A DNA stretch of 25,819 nt from a virus (lineage: Duplodnaviria > Caudoviricetes), in the IMG/VR virus record IMGVR_UViG_3300037462_000286, positions 1-25,819 of that record; one strand, written 5' to 3'. A program made the position numbers and the translations under genes. Below, piece after piece: positions 1-7,750 of the stretch (position 1 is its first letter; the number at the start of each line of letters is the position of its first letter). The notes beneath the pieces are model-generated. The model saw only the letters and a list, made by a program, of their open reading frames with translations, did not search any database and was not told the origin of the DNA.

Positions 1-10
1 CCCATGTCGG

Positions 11-427
11 CTATTTTTGGAGGCCGGTCAGATAGGCCCCGTCCAGGCTGGCCCCGTCCAGGTTGCACCCGGACAGCTTGGCCCCGGACATGTCCCACCC
101 GGACAGGTCGGCCCGCTTGCCGCTTGTTCCGTCGAGCAGCCAAAGAGCGTGCTCGGCCAGCACTTTTTTTATCTTTTGCTCCATTTTTTTCTGCCCATCG
201 TGGGGGGCTATATCGGAGACAACATTGTCCGCCATATCCAAAAATTTATTGTACGCTTCTAACGCCATTTCTGGCGTTTCGTGCTTATCGGCCGCATGGA
301 TCGGCCCCCAATCGCGCGGGCCTAATGCCCGGTTTTTGTAAGTCACCACCCACGCGCCCTTTATCTTTTCGATTCTAATGTAGCAGTTGTGCTCGTCGTG
401 GCCCAGGTGATAGCACCCGGCCCACAT
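11..427 (-). CDS. Pentapeptide-repeat protein with an N-terminal region of unknown function
   Basis: C-terminus reads HALWL..GKR ADLSG WDMSG AKLSG CNLDG ASLDG AYLTG, i.e. A(D/N)LxG-type repeats; possible internal start at 184 (MEQKIKK). Confidence 0.8.
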   Translation of the reverse strand: MWAGCYHLGHDEHNCYIRIEKIKGAWVVTYKNRALGPRDWGPIHAADKHETPEMALEAYNKFLDMADNVVSDIAPHDGQKKMEQKIKKVLAEHALWLLDGTSGKRADLSGWDMSGAKLSGCNLDGASLDGAYLTGLQK

Positions 428-457
428 TTTCGGGAGAGGTTTCGTTTTGTGGTAAGG

Positions 458-730
458 CTATTTGGTAGGCATAACCTCGATAAAAATGCCCCGCAACATG
501 TTTGCGGCGTATCCCGTTCTCGTCTTCATCGAGAGGCTGTAATAATGGAACGACAAATCGCTGTCCGCCAAAAATAATCTTTTTTTCTCCCTGGCCGCCT
601 GGCTGTCCCAGCCGAATTCGTGTATGTGTTTTTTAATTACAAGGCCCATTTTTCGGGCTTTTGCGTAAAGGCCATGTAGGCCCTTTTCCTTGTATGCTCT
701 TTTAAGTTCAATTTCAATTGTCGGCTCCAT
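458..730 (-). CDS. Hypothetical phage protein
   Basis: 90-aa ATG ORF, tiles without overlap among co-oriented leftward genes. Confidence 0.6.
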   Translation of the reverse strand: MEPTIEIELKRAYKEKGLHGLYAKARKMGLVIKKHIHEFGWDSQAAREKKRLFLADSDLSFHYYSLSMKTRTGYAANMLRGIFIEVMPTK

Positions 731-799
731 GCTTTTATGCCCGTTAGGGCGGTTAGGTGTTTATGATTTAATAAAAGTATATCGGTTTGCATTGCCAGA

Positions 800-1027
800 T
801 TAGAAACGGTTGTACCTAACCTGTTCAATCTTTTTTTTCAAGGCGGCAATTTCAGCCAGCAAATCCTTGGTTAGGCCGAATTCCTTGCCGTATTCTTCAA
901 AATTAACGGGGGCCACATGGAGCAGGTCGGACAACGCTCTTGCCGCAGATGAAATAGCAACATCTTGTTTTACGATATTTGCGATCTGGGTTACTTGTGC
1001 GTGGTTTTCTTCGTTTAAGAATGTCAT
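800..1027 (-). CDS. Hypothetical protein (likely start MTFLNEE)
   Basis: ATG at 1027 follows an A-rich leader just downstream of the promoter at 1052-1083; the longer start at 1114 would lie upstream of that promoter. Confidence 0.6.
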   Translation of the reverse strand: MTFLNEENHAQVTQIANIVKQDVAISSAARALSDLLHVAPVNFEEYGKEFGLTKDLLAEIAALKKKIEQVRYNRF

Positions 1028-1051
1028 TTTTTTTGGTGTTTTATTATGGTA

Positions 1052-1083
1052 CAAAAGTACGACGGCCATTTGGCAAAACCAAA
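1052..1083 (-). promoter_or_regulatory. Bacteroidota primary-sigma promoter, leftward
   Basis: Minus strand TTTG-N20-TACTTTTG, exact fit to the -33 TTTG / -7 TAnnTTTG consensus, intergenic. Confidence 0.7.
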
Positions 1084-1123
1084 CGCCCGCCCAATATTTA
1101 ACACTTTTTAACATCTTAGGCCA

Positions 1124-1152
1124 TTGCGGGGACTGTTAAGGGCGTAAATTTG
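1124..1152 (+). promoter_or_regulatory. Bacteroidota-type promoter, rightward
   Basis: TAAATTTG at 1145-1152 with TTG 18 nt upstream; ATG lies 3 nt after the -7 box. Confidence 0.55.
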
Positions 1153-1155
1153 CGC

Positions 1156-1410
1156 ATGGGATACGCAACAAGGCAGGCAAACGAGGCAAAGGCGGTATTT
1201 ATAGACAATCTAAAAGCCTTGCTAAATGGCCTGGGCAAAACCAATAAAGCTATTTGCCTGGAAGCCGAACTTAGCAAAGATGAATTGTTTCGCGCCACAA
1301 AGCCCGATACTGTCGCCCGCCTTATTACAATTTTCAAGCTTGCCCAGATGTTGAACATGGACATTATTTTAACACCAAAAAAACAAAAAGATGAAACTTC
1401 GCAAATTTAG
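1156..1410 (+). CDS. Xre/Cro-like helix-turn-helix regulator
   Basis: NLKALLNGLGKTNKAICLEAELSKDELFRA...RLITIFKLAQMLNMDI fits the HTH_3 pattern; sits at divergent promoters. Confidence 0.7.
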   Translation: MGYATRQANEAKAVFIDNLKALLNGLGKTNKAICLEAELSKDELFRATKPDTVARLITIFKLAQMLNMDIILTPKKQKDETSQI

Positions 1411-1915
1411 TTTTAACGAAGAGGGCAACATTGCCTTTTCGCTGGAGTACGACAAGAAAAGCAAGGTTGCTATTTCGGGGGTTCGGCCCATGCCGGATGC
1501 CGATGAAATTTTTAGGGAGATGCAAACAATATTTCCTAAATTTATGTCGGCCGACAACGGCGAGATGTTGATTGGATTTCAAATCCGGCCGGCCAAAAAA
1601 AACGAAGAAAACGGGCAGCCCAAAATTAGCTTTTCGTACACGAACGGCCAGAATAATTTGCTTGTCTATAACAGCACCGAGCTTGTGTCTATTGTGAAAC
1701 TGGATCAGGCGCAAGTCGACACATACGAAGGGCTAATCGACGCGGAATTGCATGTAGATGGGGAACGGGTTGAATTACCAAGCATTTCGCCTCGCCTGTA
1801 TTACTTTCATAAGCTTTGCGAGTTGGCGGCTGGCCTCGAGAAAGACTTGTGCCATGGACTGGATTCGTACATTTGCGAGGCCGCGAAACAAGTCGAGCCA
1901 GAACTTTTTTCGTGA
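1391..1915 (+). CDS. Hypothetical protein
   Basis: 174-aa ORF overlapping both neighbours in operon fashion; no motif recognised. Confidence 0.7.
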   Translation: MKLRKFSFNEEGNIAFSLEYDKKSKVAISGVRPMPDADEIFREMQTIFPKFMSADNGEMLIGFQIRPAKKNEENGQPKISFSYTNGQNNLLVYNSTELVSIVKLDQAQVDTYEGLIDAELHVDGERVELPSISPRLYYFHKLCELAAGLEKDLCHGLDSYICEAAKQVEPELFS

Positions 1916-2232
1916 AAACCGCCTTTTTGATCTCGCCCGCGCGCGGGGTTTACCAAATAACCTGCCTTAAAAATGGCAGGTTTTATATTGGCAGTTCGCA
2001 CGATGTTTTTGAGCGATGGAGGCAACACCTGACCGCGTGGGTGTGCCACAAAAATAACAATTGTGCAAAATTGACAAACGTTAGGTTATTGGCGGACGTG
2101 CTTCATCACGGCAAGGAAGTGTTTACATTCCAAATCCTCCTACTTTGCCCGGCCGCGATGGATCACGAATTGCGAGAAAAGGAATGGGAGTTTATAAAAA
2201 AGCTGGCACCATATTACAACATTCAAAAATGA
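1912..2232 (+). CDS. GIY-YIG endonuclease, catalytic domain only
   Basis: GVYQI...FYIGSS...RWRQH...KEWEFI...PYYN; GTG start in a GTGA overlap with the upstream stop. Confidence 0.85.
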   Translation: MKTAFLISPARGVYQITCLKNGRFYIGSSHDVFERWRQHLTAWVCHKNNNCAKLTNVRLLADVLHHGKEVFTFQILLLCPAAMDHELREKEWEFIKKLAPYYNIQK

Positions 2233-3305
2233 CAAAAAAAACATCTTTCCATTACAAATGGTTTTTAAAAGATGCGGTATTTACAAAAGACAAGGGCAAA
2301 GTATTTAGTTGTTTTGCCTGCGGAGGCGGCTCAACCATGGGTTATAAATTAGCAGGTTTTGATGTTTTGGGCTGTAATGAAATTGATCCTAAAGTGATTG
2401 AGGCGTACAAAGTAAATCACAATCCAAGGTACGTCTATTTAGAATCGATAAGGACTTTTAAATTAAGGAATGATTTACCTGACGAATTGTTCAACTTAGA
2501 CATTTTGGACGGCTCGCCCCCTTGCAGTTCATTCAGCGTGTCAGGCAAACGAGAAAAGTATTGGGGCAAAGAAAAGAAATTTAGAGAAGGACAGGAGAGG
2601 CAAATATTAGATACATTATTTTTTGATTTTATTGATTTAGCTAAAAAATTACAACCAAAGGTGGTAATTGCTGAAAATGTAAAGGGATTACTTTTGGGTA
2701 ATTCTAAAAAGTATGTAAGACAAATTTATCGGGAATTTGATTTAGCTGGCTATTATTGCCAACATTGGCTTTTAGATGCTTCAAAAATGGGGGTGCCACA
2801 GAGGCGAGAGCGAGTTTTTTTTATTGCTTTGCGCAAAGATTTGGCCGATTCATTTATGGAGAGAATTGATTTATTTACGTTTGCTCCCAAATTAAAACTT
2901 AAATTTAATGAGCCAGAAATATTGTTTGAGAATATAAAAACCAATGAAATCGATTGCCCGTTAACTATAAGAGATTTGGCCATTTGGAAATCAAAAATTA
3001 AAGGGGAAAAGAGCTATTCAGATACCTTGAAAAGGACAGAAAATAGGGAAAGCAATTGGAATAGCAAATTTATCTACAATAACAAGGTATGTAATACTAT
3101 TACAAGTTGTAAAGGCTCAAAATTAATTTCATTTTCAGAGCCTAGATATTTAAATAATCATGAATTGAAATTAATAGGCTCATTCCCGATTGATTATAAC
3201 TTTTGCAGCAATAATGTTAAATATTTAATAGGAATGAGCGTGCCGCCCGTGATGATTGCGCAAATAGCCAGCCAAATTTATGAGCAATGGTTATCAAATC
3301 TTTAG
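2229..3305 (+). CDS. DNA (cytosine-5) methyltransferase
   Basis: Motif I FACGGG, IV GSPPCSSFS, VI ENVKGL, VIII QRRERVF, X GMSVPP; ATGA overlap start. Confidence 0.95.
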   Translation: MTKKTSFHYKWFLKDAVFTKDKGKVFSCFACGGGSTMGYKLAGFDVLGCNEIDPKVIEAYKVNHNPRYVYLESIRTFKLRNDLPDELFNLDILDGSPPCSSFSVSGKREKYWGKEKKFREGQERQILDTLFFDFIDLAKKLQPKVVIAENVKGLLLGNSKKYVRQIYREFDLAGYYCQHWLLDASKMGVPQRRERVFFIALRKDLADSFMERIDLFTFAPKLKLKFNEPEILFENIKTNEIDCPLTIRDLAIWKSKIKGEKSYSDTLKRTENRESNWNSKFIYNNKVCNTITSCKGSKLISFSEPRYLNNHELKLIGSFPIDYNFCSNNVKYLIGMSVPPVMIAQIASQIYEQWLSNL

Positions 3306-3356
3306 ACGTTCCCTTTCATATTGCCTGCATTAAATTAATCACAAATTTTAAAAAAA

Positions 3357-4154
3357 ATGAGAACGCCGATTTCTTATTACGGCGGCAAACAGCGGCTTTT
3401 GCATGAAATATTGCCGCTAATCCCCAGCCATTCGCAATATGTCGAGCCTTTTTTTGGTGGCGGTGCCGTGTTTTTTGCAAAAGAACCAAGCAAGGGCGAA
3501 GCGATAAATGACACCAATAATTTTGCGGTCAATTTTTACCGGGTGGCCCAGCAACGTTTTGGAGAATTGCAAAGCCTAATAAAATCCACGTTGCACAGCG
3601 AGGCCGATCACCGCCGGGCGGGCGAAATTCTAAAAAACAACGACGCCGATCCCGCCGAGTTGGCCTGGGCGTTTTGGGCGCAAACAAACCTAAGTTTTGG
3701 CAAAAAGATCAACGGCGGATTTGCCTACAGCAAAAGAAGCCAAGAGGGGAGGTCGACGTTCGGCAAAAGAGAATTGTTTGTGCCCGAAATCTGCAAGCGG
3801 CTTGAAAATGTTGAAATATTCAACCGGGATGCCAAAGACTTAATACTTATTAAAGACGATCCAAGCACATTTTTTTATGTTGATCCGCCCTATGTTTCGT
3901 CTGATCAAGGACATTATAAGGGCTACACAAAGGAGGATTTTGTTAAATTGCTTGACATTTTAGCGACTTGCAACAGCAAGTTTTTGCTATCATCCTACCC
4001 CGAGCCGGAACTCCTGGAATACCGCGAGCGGTGCGGGTGGAACAGCAAAGATATTGTTAAGTGCTTGGCAATGCGGGGTAAGGAGCGGACAAAAACCGAG
4101 TGCCTAACCTGGAATTACGACCTTAGCCCTGCCCAGGCTCGACTATTTTTTTAA
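3357..4154 (+). CDS. DNA adenine methyltransferase (Dam/D12 class)
   Basis: YYGGKQRL, EPFFGGGAV, IND and catalytic DPPY motifs. Confidence 0.95.
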   Translation: MRTPISYYGGKQRLLHEILPLIPSHSQYVEPFFGGGAVFFAKEPSKGEAINDTNNFAVNFYRVAQQRFGELQSLIKSTLHSEADHRRAGEILKNNDADPAELAWAFWAQTNLSFGKKINGGFAYSKRSQEGRSTFGKRELFVPEICKRLENVEIFNRDAKDLILIKDDPSTFFYVDPPYVSSDQGHYKGYTKEDFVKLLDILATCNSKFLLSSYPEPELLEYRERCGWNSKDIVKCLAMRGKERTKTECLTWNYDLSPAQARLFF

Positions 4155-4476
4155 TGCCGATCAGCGATTTTATTTGATCCTCTTTTGCTTCAATAAGCGC
4201 GTTTTTTTCTTCAATAACGGACAAAAAAAACTCCCTTTCCCATTTGCGGTTCTCCTCAAACCCTTTGCGCTCGGCCTGCAAGGTGGTTGTAAATTGCGCC
4301 TCCATCCTTGCCGATCCTTCTTGGCAATTTTTTAAAGATGCCTCGACGAGGCTATTAAACTTGTCCATAACATACTTTAGCCAACTATACAACATTCGTA
4401 TAATTAACAGCAGCAGACCACCCAAAGTAATGTCCGATCCGTGCTTTATTACAATGTCGAAATGTTCTAAATCCAT
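4123..4476 (-). CDS. Single-TM plus coiled-coil membrane protein, holin-like candidate
   Basis: N-terminal hydrophobic stretch ITLGGLLLLIIRMLYSWL followed by a charged helical tail; overlaps the DUF1353 stop. Confidence 0.55.
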   Translation of the reverse strand: MDLEHFDIVIKHGSDITLGGLLLLIIRMLYSWLKYVMDKFNSLVEASLKNCQEGSARMEAQFTTTLQAERKGFEENRKWEREFFLSVIEEKNALIEAKEDQIKSLIGIKKIVEPGQG

Positions 4477-4841
4477 CCTGATCTCGCAAGCTTTAAAAAT
4501 ACGCCGCCAAATATACTGGTTCCCGCATAATAAAGCCAAGCGGGCTTAAAATTCGCCTCCCTCAACATCCGCAAAAACAACCTTTCTATTTGCCGCCGTG
4601 GGATGCCATGTTTTGGAAATTCTATATACAAAACATCATGTACAAGGGCCGCAAAATAGGTGCGCGGCAAGCCTGTGGCCGGGTCAATCCGCCCATCTGG
4701 AACTAATGTTGCGCCGTCAAACCTAAAGCCCGCGAAAATCGTTATTGTTCCAGTTCCGGACAGGGAAAAGATGGGGCAATTGTACGGATTGCCCGAAATC
4801 CCTGTTTCGTAAATAAAATCATTTTGTAATGTATATTTCAT
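4467..4841 (-). CDS. DUF1353 family protein
   Basis: ITIFAGFRFDGAT...AALVHDVLY...RRQIERLFLRML matches the family pattern GFxxDGAS...HDxLY...RxxADxxF. Confidence 0.8.
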   Translation of the reverse strand: MKYTLQNDFIYETGISGNPYNCPIFSLSGTGTITIFAGFRFDGATLVPDGRIDPATGLPRTYFAALVHDVLYIEFPKHGIPRRQIERLFLRMLREANFKPAWLYYAGTSIFGGVFLKLARSGWI

Positions 4842-4848
4842 AATTTTG
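4841..4848 (+). promoter_or_regulatory. Putative -7 element for the packaging/morphogenesis operon
   Basis: TAATTTTG in the 42-bp gap between divergent genes; no well-spaced -33 element. Confidence 0.45.
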
Positions 4849-4883
4849 CATAAATGCCTAAAGGTAAGAATTATAGCGCAAAT

Positions 4884-5252
4884 ATGCAAGCTACGCTATT
4901 CGCCCGGCCCGGCGAAAACGAAAAGCCCAAAAAGCCCCGGACGGTCAAGGCCGGGGCGTTGCAGGCGTTTGTATTTAAAAAGCTAAACGATCCCAGTCTT
5001 TACGATCCATCAATAAATAATGTAGAGGCGATAGTAAGATCGTTGATAAAATCGGCAATTGAGGGAGACACCCCGGCGGCAAAAATGCTGCTGCAAATGG
5101 CCTACCAGATAGACAAGCCAACCGAAACGACCGGGCAGCAAACCAGCGTTTTGCCAATAGCCTGGGTAAAGCCCGCCCCGCCCCCGGCGGGCTTTGAAAT
5201 GATTGAGGATGATTATAAAGCATTGAAAATAAGCACAAATGACGGAAACTAA
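4884..5252 (+). CDS. terS: Putative terminase small subunit
   Basis: Directly upstream of and overlapping TerL; helical segment EAIVRSLIKSAIEGDTPAAKMLL; alternative start at 4854. Confidence 0.65.
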   Translation: MQATLFARPGENEKPKKPRTVKAGALQAFVFKKLNDPSLYDPSINNVEAIVRSLIKSAIEGDTPAAKMLLQMAYQIDKPTETTGQQTSVLPIAWVKPAPPPAGFEMIEDDYKALKISTNDGN

Positions 5253-6453
5253 CGAGAAATTCCAAGCCCTTTACCAAAGCCCCAGCCGATACTTCTTTGT
5301 GTACGGCGGCCGGGGCGGGGCCAAGTCATTTGCCGTCGCCGAGTTCATTTTGCGCCTCACGTATGAGGCTGGCCACAACATACTTTTCACCAGGTACACT
5401 ATGCACTCTGCCGAAAAAAGCATCATACCAGAGATCAAGGAAAAAATATTATTGATCAACGGGATTGCTGATTTTTCAATAACTAAGGACGCTGTAATTA
5501 ATAAAAAAACGGGCAGCACCATAATGTTTATGGGGATAAAGACCTCGGAGGGCATACAAACCGCAAGGATGAAAAGCTTAAAAAACATTACAACCTGGGT
5601 ACTGGACGAGGCCGAAGAGTTGCACGATGAAGAAATTTTTGACACAATAGATGAAAGCGTTCGGGTGCCCTGGGTGCAAAACCGGGTGATATTCGTCCTC
5701 AACCCCCGCCGGGTTTCGCATTGGATTTACAAACGCTTTTTTGCTAAATTGCCCGATTATTTCACGGGAGTTTTTGAAGGAGTGCAATACATTTATACGT
5801 CCTATCTGGAGAACCTAAAGAACCTTTCACAATCCTTTTTGGAAAAAGCCCAGGCCACAAAAAAGAATAATTTATTAAAATACAAACACAGATATTTGGG
5901 CAAGTGGCTGACCGAAAGCCTGGAGGCAATTTGGCGCGGCAATTTGATTGTTTACAGGCAGCCGGGCGAACTTAAAAGGATAGTAGTCAGTGTTGATCCG
6001 GCGGTAACTAGCAACAAGAACAGCGATGAAACGGGGATAATTGCCGTCGGGATTGATCATCAAAAAAACGGCCATGTACTTGCAGACGAAAGCGGCAAAT
6101 ACAGCCCATCCGATTGGGCGAAAAAAGCGATACATTTGTATTACAGGCTAAAGGCCGATAGCATTGTTGCCGAGGTCAACCAGGGCGGCGACCTGGTAAA
6201 ACAAATAATTAGGCAACACGATCCGAACGTTAGGGTACTAACCGTTTACGCTAGCAGGGGCAAGGTTCTTAGGGCCGAGCCTGTTTTGGCGTTGTACGAA
6301 GAAGGCCGCGTATTTCACGCGCGGCCCCTGGTAGAACTGGAAGAGCAAATGTTGACATGGGAGCCGAAGCAGGAAACAAGCCCGGACAGGATCGACGCTT
6401 TGGTGCACGGGCTGACCAATTTACTTTTACAGAAACAAGTTTATTCGGCGTAA
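5239..6453 (+). CDS. terL: Terminase large subunit
   Basis: Walker A GGRGGAKS, Walker B WVLDEAEE, LNP coupling motif; nuclease motifs VSVDPA, EVNQGG, SPDRIDA. Confidence 0.95.
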   Translation: MTETNEKFQALYQSPSRYFFVYGGRGGAKSFAVAEFILRLTYEAGHNILFTRYTMHSAEKSIIPEIKEKILLINGIADFSITKDAVINKKTGSTIMFMGIKTSEGIQTARMKSLKNITTWVLDEAEELHDEEIFDTIDESVRVPWVQNRVIFVLNPRRVSHWIYKRFFAKLPDYFTGVFEGVQYIYTSYLENLKNLSQSFLEKAQATKKNNLLKYKHRYLGKWLTESLEAIWRGNLIVYRQPGELKRIVVSVDPAVTSNKNSDETGIIAVGIDHQKNGHVLADESGKYSPSDWAKKAIHLYYRLKADSIVAEVNQGGDLVKQIIRQHDPNVRVLTVYASRGKVLRAEPVLALYEEGRVFHARPLVELEEQMLTWEPKQETSPDRIDALVHGLTNLLLQKQVYSA

Positions 6454-6454
6454 A

Positions 6455-7750
6455 ATGAACATATTCCAACGGCTTCTAAAATCCTTCTCTTTCTCGACCG
6501 AAAAGGTTGGCGAAAGCCCTACTCGAGTGCCAGGAATCGACGACTTGTTTTTGCGTTTTCCGTTCCGGCACGCGGGCGCGCTTACGGAATTGGGCCAAAA
6601 CGACGAATCATTCATTCGGTATGGGTTCCAGTACAACGACATTGTATTTGCTATCGCCGACCAAATAGCCGAGGCCGCTTCTTATGTCGATTGGATTTTG
6701 GTAAAAGATGTTGACGGCAAGCCCGCGCCAATTTCAGGCCCGGGCGCGACCGAGGCCCGGCGGCTTTTGGAGCGGCCGAACAATCACCAAACGTGGCAGG
6801 AGTTTTGCCGCTTAGAGGTGCTTTACTACTTAATTTGCAGCAAATCCATCATCTACAAATTGCGGCAAATGACTGGACAAAAGAAAGTTTACGAATTGCA
6901 CAATGTAAACCCGGCCAATTGCAACATCACTTACGAAAACGAGTTTTTTAAAACTATTCGCTCTATATTAATTACATACCAGGGCGCGGGCGGAACCATG
7001 CAGCCCAGCCCCAAAGACTTGTTAATTCGCTACAATCCAGACCTAAGAGGCCGGGCCGAGGGCCTTAGCAGATTGGCCCCGGCAAGCCGCACAATTTTAC
7101 GATCCAACAACGCTAAAACGGCCGCAAATGAATTGTATGCAAACGGCGGCGCGTATGGAATTGTAGGCGTTGAGGATGAGAATATAACCGCCGACGATGT
7201 AAAGGGAATTGAGAAGAGTTACCGCCAAAAACATAGCGGATTAAACAACCAAGGCAAGATTATTTTTACGAACGGCAAGATAAAATTTGAACGCATTGGC
7301 ATGACCGCTGTTGACTTGGAATTAAGCAAACAGCAACTTAACGATTTGCGGGCCATTTGCGCGGTTTTCCACGCGCCCAGCCAGCTATTTGGGGATTCGG
7401 AAGCCAGCACATTTGCCAATTATCGCGAAGCAAAAGCAGCCTTTTACACCGGGGCGGTTTTGCCAAACCTAAAGGCCCTTTTTGCAAAAATAAGCTGGGA
7501 ACTATTGCCCGAAATTTCGCCACAGTTGCAAGATGCCTACATCCTGCCCGATACTTCCAAAATCCCCGAATTACAGGCCGATATAGCCGCCCAAACCGAG
7601 GCGTTGGCCAAAGCGAATTGGATGACCATAGACGAAAAGAGGGCGGCAATGGGATTGCCCGAAATGCAAACGCCGGAAACTACAACCTTGTGGATCAACA
7701 ACTTACCAATAGAAGCGGCGTATGAAATGGGCAACCAAGCTGAAGCCTGA
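6455..7750 (+). CDS. Portal protein, HK97 family
   Basis: LLERPNNHQTWQEF, GLSRL, ICAVFHAP..LFG....TFANYREA, WMTIDEKRAAMGL; follows terL. Confidence 0.92.
   Translation: MNIFQRLLKSFSFSTEKVGESPTRVPGIDDLFLRFPFRHAGALTELGQNDESFIRYGFQYNDIVFAIADQIAEAASYVDWILVKDVDGKPAPISGPGATEARRLLERPNNHQTWQEFCRLEVLYYLICSKSIIYKLRQMTGQKKVYELHNVNPANCNITYENEFFKTIRSILITYQGAGGTMQPSPKDLLIRYNPDLRGRAEGLSRLAPASRTILRSNNAKTAANELYANGGAYGIVGVEDENITADDVKGIEKSYRQKHSGLNNQGKIIFTNGKIKFERIGMTAVDLELSKQQLNDLRAICAVFHAPSQLFGDSEASTFANYREAKAAFYTGAVLPNLKALFAKISWELLPEISPQLQDAYILPDTSKIPELQADIAAQTEALAKANWMTIDEKRAAMGLPEMQTPETTTLWINNLPIEAAYEMGNQAEA

Noticed and set aside
1-10. Joining the two ends to make an ORF MG-KFVSEIK
   Set aside because: The direct join is out of frame by one base and there is no terminal redundancy, so circularity is unsupported
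4-577. Plus-strand ORFs over the pentapeptide gene
   Set aside because: By-products of the GC-rich 15-bp periodic repeat; the minus-strand frame carries the recognisable motif
1816-2228. N-terminal extensions in the ORF track (starts 1816 and 2145; similarly 8410, 10168, 19258)
   Set aside because: They overlap upstream genes; coupled or A-rich starts at 1912, 2229, 8449, 10342 and 19300 fit better
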